The notes under the pieces were generated by a model. It did no database searches, had not been told where the DNA came from, and worked only from the letters and a program-made list of their open reading frames with translations. A stretch of 49,227 nt of DNA from Welwitschia mirabilis (lineage: Eukaryota): the NCBI GenBank assembly GCA_051453625.1, contig JBOZIK010000001.1, forward strand, positions 27,937,854-27,987,080, read 5' to 3'. Positions 13,747-25,258 of the stretch are shown here, in pieces. Position 1 is the stretch's first letter. The number at the start of each line of letters is the position of its first letter. A program made the position numbers and the translations under genes.

Positions 13747-16700
13747 TTTTCGCATCACTACTGGGGAAGGCCATAAGGAGCTGGAGAATTGTTACTAACC
13801 AAATAAGTACCTTTAATTTTCTATTTAGGTTATTTATTTGAATTAGTACTGTATTTTTGTCTTAACTTAAAGTATATTTATTTTTGCAATTTTTGTTTTT
13901 AGTAGTTTTTAAAGCCCCTGTCATACTCTATGTCATCTCGATGAAATTAGGAATAATAGCTTAGTATTTTTGAATTTATTTTCTAGTTTTGCAATTTTTC
14001 TTTTACTCGTAGTTTAGCATCCACATAATAACCTAGATGATAGTATTACTTTTCTAAGTTATGGTAATCTTTCTTTCTGAGTTTTTTGAATTTGGTTTTT
14101 AGTGTGATCATCATCTCCCCTGTCATCCTTATGATAAGGTGGATGGTGATAATTGCTTTCAATTATGGTTTTTTATTTATGATCTGTGCATGTAGGAACA
14201 TAGTGAATTCTAGTAAAAAGATGAAATATTAATGGCAGTTGAACTTGATTGAAGAAAAGTATTACCACAAGATCATTTGACTTTGAGCAAAATCTAGATA
14301 CACACATCATAGGTATGCAACTTTCAAGAAATTCTTTTTATCAAAGAATCAAATTTTTTCTTTTCTTTCTATAGTTATTCTATTAGTTATTTTCACAATA
14401 GTTAAAATAGACAACCATTACACCTCTTTTGAGTGTTAAGAACCAATAATTTCAACATAATGATGAAACATCTAAGAGAGGGAAAATTGATCTTCATTAT
14501 GTACTTATCTTCCTTACCATGTTAAATTAAAATTCTCTTATTCAATTCTTCTCATTTGCTTTAATGAATAGTAATAGAAGGATCATTGCAAAACTTGTTT
14601 CTAAAAAGACAAGAAACTTGAAAAATGATGAGGATAATGGTAAGAAAATACTTCGAGAAATTTTTGTTGAAAGAGGGAGACCATTACAAAATAATGTTGA
14701 AAAAAGAAATTGGACTCCTTCTTCTTTTCAACCTTATTATTCTTTTCTCTCTTCTTTTCAAACCTCATATAGACATGATGATGAAGATTCTCCATATTTT
14801 AGGGATTTTAACTCATTTAGACAAACCTCTTACAATCATTTTTATTAATCCCAATCAACTTCCATATATTACTACAAAGAAGAACCATTTTCCATTAACT
14901 ACTATAAGGAAGAAAAAGATTCATTAAGAGAAATTATTGATGAAATGAAGAAGAACCAAGAAAACACTAATAAGAACTTATAAAAATTAGTTAAAATCTT
15001 ACAAAAATTACTATTACATATTCAAGGATCTTATACAACTCAACATCTTCACAACTATCTTACTTCATCCTACCTTTAGAAAAATGAAGAAAACTTAGAA
15101 ATAAATGATGATGATGTTTGATTTGACCTTGAAGATAAAAATATGGATTGAACTTCAACATCTTACTCTTTAGGAGATGAGCAAAGGAGATTTAATAATA
15201 ACTTAATCCAATGTTTTAACAATCAATATGAGGATGAACATTTAATACATGTTGATCAAGATGAGAAATCCATTCATGAAGAATCTAAGAGTTTTTTAAT
15301 AAAAAATGATGATGATGCTTGTTCTCTTGAGAATCTTTTTACTAAATCCAAGAATTTATAGAATGAAGGTACTATTTAGCACAAGAAGGGAGATGTAACA
15401 ATAAAGAGAAAGGTGAAGCAACAACCCAACAAAATAATGCTAAAGACAATAGTGAAGAAACTAAATACAATGAAGGACCCCTAGAAATTCATTTAAATTT
15501 CATAGAGGATAGACTTGTTCATTCAACCCATACTTCCACATCCTTTTTACTTATTCCTTCATGTATAACTTTTCAAATTACATCATTTCTTCCACTTTTG
15601 TTTTCACCTTCACAAACCTTATGATCTTGATAATGATAACCTTTCTTCATCTCTTCCAATTATCCCTTCATATAATTCTCAAGGCCATGTTCCTTTTGTT
15701 GGCTCTCGTAAAATCCATCGTTTCTAAAAGTATATTTATCCTATCTCTAAATATTTTAAATAATCATCTAATTCCCAAAGTAACATTCTTTATTTTTCTA
15801 TCAAGTTTACTCTACCTTGTACTTTTAAGGATTATTCTTTTCAAAAGTTTGACTTGAAATATCTTGGAATTTTAAATTTGGGTAAGATTTATCTTCTTGA
15901 TAATAAACCTTGCTTAGATTTACATCTTAATGAACATCTTAATCTTATTTAACACTCTAAAAAATTCCTTAAAACATTCTTGGCTTCATTTCTTGAGTAG
16001 TACCTTGAATGAATTATATCATGATCCTCATTTTTATACTATTTTCATAAGAGATTATTTGACAATGAAATTCATCACTTCTTTATCTCTTATTTTGATT
16101 TTAAAAATTATGATATTAACTTTTTATCATTTTACTTGATTTATCTCTAATTAATTTTACTTCAAAATAATTGCATACCTTTTATGTTTTATCAATTGAT
16201 TTCATTTTGTTTTGACCTTTATTTTTTTGAAAAATACAATACCCAAGTGCACTGTTTACACTAGTTAAACTTATCAATGATTAAGATTCTTATCTTTCAA
16301 AAAAAGTACATCTTTATATGGCTCCATTGAAACTTTTAACCTAAACACTTTGGAAAATTCAGAAGTTAATGGATAAAAGGTTAAATTTAATTGAAATATC
16401 TATCGATTAACCTTAAACATAATAGAAGAATTTGTATTATAATTTTCCTCCTATCATCATCTAAACTCTTCCTTAGTCGATTCTTTTAGTAAATGACATG
16501 CTATCACTTGAACATATTTTACTTGACCAAGGTTTTACTTTATGAAGTTTCAATGATTAGTAAATATTTAACTTGGGTATTTTAAATGATAAGATTGACT
16601 TCATCCCATCTTCAAACATTCATATGTCTATGAGCTTCATTTTAAAGGTAGATTCCTTGGTTATTTTACTTTCTCCTAATGGTGTGAGTAATTAGTTATT

Positions 16701-18571
16701 TTAACATGTTCTTCCTTGTTATTTATCTCTTTAATTAATTTTTATCCTTATAAGTATTTGGTTATGTAGAATTTATTAAAAAAAAAGAAAAGAAATAAAG
16801 GCCATGCTCTTTCATGTTATATCTTAAAACATGGCCCCTATGATGTCCTACCACAAGTGCACTAGGGCAAATATTCTTGAGAGGGGCCTTTGGAAATGTG
16901 ATATGATAGCTATGGAAACTCCACAGGGGCGTTAGTTGGATATGATGTGTGGATCCTTACTCCTCTGATAGTGGTTGTACTTCCCTCATCATGAGAGAAT
17001 AAAATTACACTTAGAGGCTACGAGATCAGTAATGTCCCTAGTGTTACCAGAGGTATCATTTATTTTCTAGACTTATTTTTTCTTATTTATAGTGCTTCCA
17101 CATGATCACTTTAATTTTTAAAATTATAGTGTTGTTTTTGAGAAAATAGCTTAAAAGTTCCTATTTAACAACTTTTTATATTATCATTGATTATTTGATA
17201 ACATTAGACATACTTAACATCAGTATAATCATTGCCTATTTGAGTGGAAATTTATGAATTTTTACATTATGTTATGCATCATTATTAGGTGATTTTATGA
17301 TTTGTCCATGGGACTTTACTTAGGTGGAATTTTGGATAGGTAAGTAATCTTCTTCATGTTCCTACGTGTCCATTTTCATTATGTTTTGCCTTAGTTGTTT
17401 TGTATGGGATTTTTAAATTCATTATAGTATCTTTTTCTCCATTATAATTAGGATTTGATCATTTGTTAGCTCTTGAGTTGTCTTTTTATTTTTACTTATA
17501 AGTTTTCTTTATAAGAGTTTTTTTCATTTACACACTTTATTTTCATGCCTTTTTTTTTTACTTTGATTGATGTATTCCTTTTGTTTTATGCTAATGTTTT
17601 TCTATTTGGTTTTTGGTTTTACATCCATCTACTTACTAATTTTGAATCCTCATAGAGTTTGAACTACATTTTTAAAATACTTATGAGCATTGCTTTCTTT
17701 TACTTAATGCATTTTTATGTTTCATAAGCCTCTTTCATCATGGTCATGTTTTTCTAGATATTTCTTTACCTTCTATTATCTTTCTATTTTTTTACTTCTT
17801 TTTAATTACTTATGTGTTGTTAGGCCTTTTTGAATTTTTCTTGATCTATCTAAACATCTCATTTTACACTATCCTCTTATGTCTTTCATCCCCAAGATAG
17901 AAAGGATGAAAGTCATCCTTTTTGTTATGTACAATCTAAGAAATTTTGCTTTTCCTTTTGGTGGCAAGACACCTCTCTGAGCTTTCTTCTTTGATATTAT
18001 ACAAAAATTTATAATCTATAAATTTTAAAGAATTACTTTAAGCTTTTACAATACATATTTATAAATGAGTTATTTGGATATGATTTTATGCTACTTAAAT
18101 ACTTTCATGAAATTTATTTAAGTAGGAGCATAGTAGCACTTTCACTGATTTTATAACATCTATGTTTCAAATAAGAATGCCATGATTACTCTTTTATCTT
18201 GCCTTTGTAGAAAATATTAATAAACTTTTTATGCATTATTCTTTGAGATTATTACTACTTAAGTTTTACACATCAGTTTAACATTACTTTCTTAAAATCA
18301 TGCATACACATTATCATTTTCTGAGCTATCATTATTATATTCTATAATTTTTTTATGTTTATGACATCTATTTGGTCTGTTAAGATGTGTTTAAGTAGGA
18401 GGCTTATGATTACAACAATAATTATATTAATGAACGTTTACCATTTATTCCTACATAATAAATAGAATTCAAATTCCATTTCTCTAGTTGATGATTATCT
18501 TAGTCAAATTGGCTCACAGTTTAGTTGATTATCCAATTTGTTAGGAACTAACAAGGCTAAGTAGGGGGTTA
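13747..18571 (+). mobile_element. Internal region of element D (non-autonomous; gag stub, unknown ORF, integrase C-terminal remnant, 3' UTR, PPT about 18558-18568)
   Basis: Gap-free 4.8 kb from PBS to PPT (AAGTAGGGGG) with no protease, RT or RNase H. Region 16400-17300 is homologous to the reverse complement of 1-900. Confidence 0.8.
14564..16395 (+). pseudogene. Decayed ORF of unknown function in D, ending in a hydrophobic tail fused to an integrase C-terminal remnant
   Basis: One frame with scattered stops runs from 14564 to at least 15420. The end reads LLQNNCIPFMFYQLISFCFDLYFFEKYNTQVH, then YGSIETFNL...EVNG*KVK, which matches the end of A integrase. Confidence 0.65.
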
Positions 18572-20031
18572 TGCTACAATCCTAATTTTTAGAAATTTGA
18601 TGGTGTATTTGGACTAGTTTTGTAGGACATTTATATAGATTTAGATGTAATTCTGCTGATTATGAAGAGATGATAAGATACATGTAATTCTTGGCATAAT
18701 CAGAGGAAGTTCAGGCATGTTCTGATACTTAGCATATTTGAAGAAAGACTAATGATGAAGAAGGATGATTTACTTTACTTAAAAAGCTTAGGAGAGGTGT
18801 CGTCCCCACTATCGTCCTCATGACATAGGGGACGACAACATTGCCACTTATCATGATGACAGCATAGCTTGGATAGACTAGAGAATGGAGCATAGACTAG
18901 ACTGGACTAGAATGTGAGGTGTCATTCCTCATGTAATTCACACGATACACAAAATGATGAACTGCTAACATGAATAGAAGCATATGCTAAGGGGCTAACA
19001 ATAGGGTGGACATGTGGCACATGGTAACATCCCCTTTATCATCCCCATGATAGTCAGGATGACAACCTTATTTACATAGAAAAAAGATATAGGACTAACA
19101 ATGGGGCATGGAGACATGTGATACATGGTGATATCCCCTATGTCATTGCAATGATAGGTGGAACAATAACTCTTTTTTCATGTTCACAAAAAAATATTTT
19201 ATAAATGGGGACAAGCAACCCATGTGATCTGCTAAGGTTTTCTCTCTGATGTTTAGTGTTATGGTTCTAGAACTTTCAATGTAAAACTATAAATACCCAC
19301 CTTGTCCTCACTTCAAGACCATCTTTTATACCTGATACTTATGATGGAAGATTAAAGGGCAAGAGGTCTATCAAAAACTATAGAAAAGATTCTCCTTGAT
19401 GTTAGGCTGAATCTCTTTGATTGAGGTATTGTTATTCTATTTGTAAGTGGATTTTATGTTCTAAATACTGTTTAAATTAATACAATTTCTCTTTTCATTC
19501 CAATTATCTGAATGTGTCTTATGATTTAAGTTTGTCATAGTTAAGTGATAGTTTTATGATTTACTTAGATCATAAAGGTAATCTTTGTTAATATTGACCT
19601 TAGTTAGTAGTAGATTTACCTTTTTATTCCATTTTCATATTGCATTATTATCTTACTTAGATAGATCTCATAGTTTATATTTATTAAGAACTAGTTGGAT
19701 TCTCTTTTTAATTGATATAAGTTATAAAGAAAATATTCTTTGTGACAAAAGGACTAAGATCTAAGTAGAACCCATTTCCATTTTAATTCATTGCATTCTA
19801 TATGCATTCATCTTGCATTGCTTTTGCATTGTTATTTACTTTCAGTTATTAAAAGATAAAATACTAAAAATACCTTTGGAAATCAATTCTATAACTTTAA
19901 GCCTAGTTCCTTTATTGGGATTATGACATTGAGGTGAACTCTCATCCATATTAGTGTGTATTTTTCTACAAGTTATTTGATTTATAGTTTACCTAAAGGA
20001 CTTCAGAATTGCATAAATTTACACTACTATA
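18572..20031 (+). repeat. 3' LTR of element B (~1.46 kb)
   Basis: Preceded by a PPT, starts TGCTACAAT and ends CTACTATA. About 85% identical to the 5' LTR in a ~140-bp segment compared by eye. Followed by the TSD. Confidence 0.9.
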
Positions 20032-20300
20032 GACAATCATATTTTTTAGTGATCTTATTAACTTTTATAAAATTGATGCATATTCTCCATTTCCCCACTT
20101 ATTTAGAACTACTTTTAAAGGACTAATCCAGTCATCATTTGATATCTCATATATGATTCTAGCATCCATAAGTTTAATGATTTCATCTTTAATGATTTGT
20201 TTAAGGGCCGGATTTATTCTTCTTTGGGGTTGCCTAATAGATTTAGCATTATCTTCAAGTTAGATTTTATGTTCAATATGAAAAGAGAAATGGTAGTTAA
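20032..20300 (-). pseudogene. Reverse transcriptase of element A, N-terminal part
   Basis: IRQPQRRINPALKQIIKDEIIKLMDARIIYEISNDDWISPLKVV.../GKWRICINFIKVNKITKKYD, with one frameshift. Confidence 0.92.
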
Positions 20301-20779
20301 GTATTTATGTATCTAAACAAAGCCATTTTCTTTCAAGATTAATAGTGAGATCAATTTGAATTCTTATCGAGAAGTAAGATGGTCACTTATTATTAAAGGT
20401 TTCATTTGATTTTTTTAAAAGAAAAATATATTTTAATTCTTTGAAAAATTTATTTAGCTCAAGGATGACATTTAGGGCTATCATTTCAATTATCATGGGG
20501 ACTACAGACTTGGGAAGACATCCCTCAAAAAGTTTTTCTATCAAATCAAAATGTTGAGTTTTTTCCTAGCCTATGTATTCTTCATCCTCAAACCCAAGAC
20601 AGTTTGTTTCAGTGGGGTTATCATATAAAGTTGGTTCATGTAGCATAATTAATCTCTATTTAATTGGTTGATGTTATAAAAACAAGTTTGATTTCAATTC
20701 ATATTCAAAGTTAAAATCAGTTCCTATGTCCTTTTTAGTAGTATCAAAAAATCTAATGGTAATTTATTTGCTGTTAAAA

Positions 20780-21130
20780 TGATATCTCATCATCCCAGAT
20801 CATGTGTTAATGATGCAATGAGAAGTTTCATAAAACGCTCTTCTTAAAAGTGGTGGACGTCCTCCATTATGTTATATCTCAATTATTACAACATCAATGG
20901 GGTAAAATGCTTTTTCAATTTGGATGACTAGGTTCTTCATAATTCCTAATGGTTTCTTAATTAAGGTATCAGCTAAGTCCAAGATGATTGGTGTAGGTTC
21001 AACTCTGTTTTCTAATTTAAGTCTTTTACATATGTGGAGAGGCATGATGTTTACACTTATTCCTATGTTAATCAAATCTTTTCAAATTAATTTATTTCCT
21101 TCTAAGATAACACTTATAGTTGTAGGCCCA
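20780..21130 (-). pseudogene. Aspartic protease of element A
   Basis: LINIGISVNIMP (compare the Athila ALxDLGASVNLMP), ILDLADTLIKKPLGIMKNLVIQIEKAFYPIDVVIIE, and PPLLRRAF. Confidence 0.88.
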
Positions 21131-23578
21131 GAGTCTTTAAATTTAGGCCATTTTTACGTGAATAAGCTAGAAAGAGATTGGGTAAGAAGAAAATTGCTAG
21201 GAATGATATATTTTTAATTTTTTCTTACTAAATCCTTTCATAACTTAGAATATTTAGGATTTTCTTACAAACATTTTCAAAAGGATAGGTTGATGTTAAC
21301 TTCTAATATCAAATCTTTCAGGTGTTTAATAAAAGTATGGTTCATATTTAATCTATTAAGTTAAGAAGTGGATGGTTTCTTTCCTTTCTTTCCATATAAA
21401 GTATTTTCAATTGAGGCCTTAGTAGATGATGTTGATGGAAGGTTATAAGAACCTAAAATTTATACATAATATTCCTCATTTATTTCATTATTTTTAAAAG
21501 TTGAAACCTCATGGATAGGAACTTTTGTATCTTTTTTACTTCTTGTTACTATCTTCAAATATCTCCTAACTTCATTTGGATTGGGCATAGGTTGAAATGT
21601 AAGAGAACCTTGTGGTCTTTGGTTAGCAAGCATTATTTGTTAAAGCATATTTACTGGGTTCTCAATGTTGCTATTAGTTTTCTCTTGCACTTTTCTCATC
21701 TCTTCTATGGATTCTCTAAGTGGATCATTCTAATNNNNNNNNNNNNNNNNNNNNNNNNNNNNNNNNNNNNNNNNNNNNNNNNNNNNNNNNNNNNNNNNNN
21801 NNNNNNNNNNNNNNNNNNNNNNNNNNNNNNNNNNNNNNNNNNNNNNNNNNNNNNNNNNNNNNNNNNNNNNNNNNNNNNNNNNNNNTTCTTATAAGTTGGT
21901 AACAAAGGACATTCTTTTATTGAATGAAATTCATCTTCACAAATTTCACAATTTAAAGTTGTGTTTTCATTATTTTCTGCTTTTGTATCAACTATTATTT
22001 GTATATAATTCTCTAAAGTAGTAGTAAAATCTTTCATCAGGTTGGTTAAGTTATCCCTTTCTTCTTCCTTGTCATGTTTTACTTCTTTTAAATCTTTTAG
22101 AATTTGACCTATAATACAATTTACTTTAGTGGGTTAAGGTCAAGTTTGACTTATTTATATCAAATTTTCTAACACACTCCATTCATCATCTAGGCCTAAA
22201 TTCAACAAGTTGCCTTCACAAGAAAAATATACTAATTGCTTTATTGAAGCATTTAATCCACTATAAAAATAATCTACTAGCTTTTCTTTATNNNNNNNNN
22301 NNNNNNNNNNNNNNNNNNNNNNNNNNNNNNNNNNNNNNNNNNNNNNNNNNNNNNNNNNNNNNNNNNNNNNNNNNNNNNNNNNNNNNNNNNNNNNNNNNNN
22401 NNNNNNNNNNNNNNNNNNNNNNNNNNNNNNNNNNNNNNNNNNNNNNNNNNNNNNNNNNNNNNNNNNNNNNNNNNNNNNNNNNNNNNNNNNNNNNNNNNNN
22501 NNNNNNNNNNNNNNNNNNNNNNNNNNNNNNNNNNNNNNNNNNNNNNNNNNNNNNNNNNNNNNNNNNNNNNNNNNNNNNNNNNNNNNNNNNNNNNNNNNNN
22601 NNNNNNNNNNNNNNNNNNNNNNNNNNNNNNNNNNNNNNNNNNNNNNNNNNNNNNNNNNNNNNNNNNNNNNNNNNNNNNNNNNNNNNNNNNNNNNNNNNNN
22701 NNNNNNNNNNNNNNNNNNNNNNNNNNNNNNNNNNNNNNNNNNNNNNNNNNNTTGTTGAAGCATTCAATCCACCATAAAAATAATCTACTAGCTTTTCTTT
22801 ATGAAATTCATTAATAGGATTGGAATGAATAGTGATTATAAAACATTCATAGGCTATTGCATAATCCTCATGAGTTTGTTATTGAAAGTTGGTTACTTCT
22901 TTTCTTCTCTTCCTTATGGAACTCTCATTCAAAAATCATTTAATAAAGATTTCTTACACTTGAATCCAAGATTTAAGACTTTTAACTAGAATAGTTTTAA
23001 GGCAAAATTTTTCTCTTCCTTTAAGTGTAAGTAAAAAAATAGTCATATAAGTATGTTCAATAATATGTTTCTTCCCATTTCCTAAGGTAAGCACAAGTTA
23101 TTCAATGTCAGCTAAATGTTGACAATGGTCTTCATCTGGTTCCTTTAAAAAAGTTAGATAAGAACTTAATTTTCTTAATTCTATATCATATCTAAGAGGT
23201 AAATCAAAAGGTTTTAAATTTCATGTTTTCTATCTATAATTAAATCCCTAAGAGTAATGTTTTCATTTGAGGAAGAAGTTCCTATTACAATTGAAGTGTT
23301 AGATGAAGCAACTTTCTTTTATTTTTATGACAATTTCAATACATTTGACATATTTAAAGAAACAATATGATCTACTTCTAGATAATAATTTTATTTTGTA
23401 AAATTTAATCCTAAAATAATAAAAGTAGAAAAATATTCTTCTTCAATTCTAGGAATTTGTATACCTGGGGTGTGCATATCTAGATTTAGCTCAAAGTCGA
23501 ATAATCCTTTTTTGATGTTTTCTTCAATTACGTTCTATTCTCTTTGATATTTTTTGTCTTTTTATCAAAATTCATCAT
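21131..23578 (-). pseudogene. Gag of element A with an intact CX2CX4HX4C knuckle (21909-21950)
   Basis: EPDEDHCQHLADIE, LVDYFYSGLNASIKQLV...GNLL...DDEWSVLE, CEICEDEFHSIKEC. Gaps at 21735-21885 and 22292-22751. Confidence 0.88.
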
Positions 23579-23652
23579 GTCTTTGCATGCTCAATCAATA
23601 AATAAATAATTTAAATAAAAAGTAATATACTATCATTCATCTAGTCATGGAG

Positions 23653-24725
23653 TGTTGCATTGCTAATTTATGGTTATTTGATGGGTTTTATAAGTCGTTT
23701 TACAAGACTTTTACATAGGTTTTAGTGCAAATTCTGATGATTTTTTAAACATAAGAGGAAATCTTTAAAAAGTTTAGATATTATCCAAATTTGACGCATT
23801 TAAAGCACTTACCAGAGAATAGAGCATTTCATGAAAAGATTACTACGTTTCTTCTAAAAAAGGGTGTTAAAGAAGACTATCATCCCTTACGTCATCCACA
23901 CGATAGGCAAGATGATAAATGCCTAGGTGGATGACTGAGTCATCACTTTTGAAATATTTTGTAATAGTCTGTCATCCCCCTTGTTGTCTAGATGAGTCCA
24001 GATGACACTGCCATGTAATTATCACTGATATATTCTCTCAGCTATTTTGTCTATTTTTGAGTTGTAAATGAGCATGTGTAACTACACCTTCTGTCTATCT
24101 ATTTTAGTTGTATTTCCTATAAATACGGCCCCCCCCTACTCTCCTTTCTTATCTTCGATGCACCAGATATTTTCATGACAGAAGAGTGAAGGACGAGAGA
24201 TCTATCTTGACAATTATAAAAACATGAGGACCTAGTAGAGGGCTAAGTATCTTCTATTGAGATCCGAATATGTTGTAATTCAAATATTATTACTGCTTTA
24301 ATATAAATATTGGTATTATTTAATACTTATATTTATTTGTATTATAGAATTTCTTATGTCCCTTATAGTCTAATATTATCTTAGATCTTATGATAATTTC
24401 TTGGATGATATAGATTATCAAGGGTAGCTCTTGTTAGGGCTGGAAAGCAAGTAGGATTAGGATTTATTTACATTACATGTTATTTTAGATTGTATTTTGC
24501 ACTTTACATGCTAGTTTATTTTCTTGAATCGCTATTCATTATTTCCAGTTATTAGATTTAATTACAAAAGCAATCTGAATCTCTTTATAGATAGACTTCA
24601 ATGAGATATGATATTTTGGATTACTCTCATTATTTTAGTGTGTTGTATTATGCATAATATCTATTTTAATTATTAATGAAAAAATCTTTTTAAATGTAAA
24701 GTATGCATAAATGCACACTAGAACC
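23653..24725 (+). repeat. 5' LTR of element E (~1.07 kb LTR family)
   Basis: Starts TGTTGCATTGCTAATTTATGG and has TATAAATA at about 24118. It shares diagnostic sites (TAAGTCG, CTTACCAGAGAATAGAGC, AATGCCTAGGTGGA) with 34636-35709. Confidence 0.9.
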
Positions 24726-24728
24726 AAT

Positions 24729-24746
24729 TGGCACCATTGCTAGGGA
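24729..24746 (+). promoter_or_regulatory. Primer-binding site (tRNA-Asp type) of E
   Basis: TGGCACCATTGCTAGGGA: four transitions from TGGCGCCGTTGCCGGGGA, all at CG or CCG sites. Confidence 0.88.
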
Positions 24747-25062
24747 AGATTATCAAGGAGTATAAAGGTTATCATCATTTAGATAAGTATATCAGTTATA
24801 TGTCTATTCAGTGTTGTATTTTATTAGATCTATAGGTTTTCTGTGTACTATTTTTTTAGTTTTCATCTTTCAGTATTTGTTTGCTATTAAAATGTGTGGT
24901 TGTCACCTCTATTATCCCCATAATAGATAGGACGATAGTGTGATATTTTAGTCTTTAGTTCTTATTTTTGGATTTTAACTTTTCTCTTCAATAAGTTACT
25001 CCATTGTCTTCTGTTATGTCCAGATGATCAGAGAGATGATAGACATTTTTCTATGTTTTTTT

Positions 25063-25160
25063 GCTTTCTATTTGTGTTTTAATTCTATTTTCTATTTTCT
25101 ATTTTCTATTTGTGTTTCAATTCTATTTTCTATTTTCTATTTTCTATTTTCTATTTTCTA
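25063..25160 (+). repeat. (TTTTCTA)n simple-repeat expansion in the E leader
   Basis: Direct tandem 7-mers in two blocks separated by TTTGTGTTTCAA. Confidence 0.85.
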
Positions 25161-25258
25161 TGTGTGTCATTTCTTCTGTCATGCAGACAATAGACAGGAC
25201 AACAGTCTATTATTTTTTGATCTGTTTCTATTATTTTTTACTTGCAAGATACTATGAT

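Larger units (their letters stand above)
3711..20031 (+). mobile_element. Insertion block B (outer Athila-family element containing nested C and D), inserted into the RT of A
   Basis: Paired LTRs at 3711-5178 and 18572-20031 share a diagnostic AGACT repeat. The TSD is AACAA (3706-3710) / GACAA (20032-20036). Confidence 0.85.

Noticed and set aside
22241..22802. 51-bp near-identical duplication either side of the 460-N gap
   Set aside because: Gag is contiguous if the overlap is collapsed. This is most likely an unmerged contig or haplotype overlap rather than biology.
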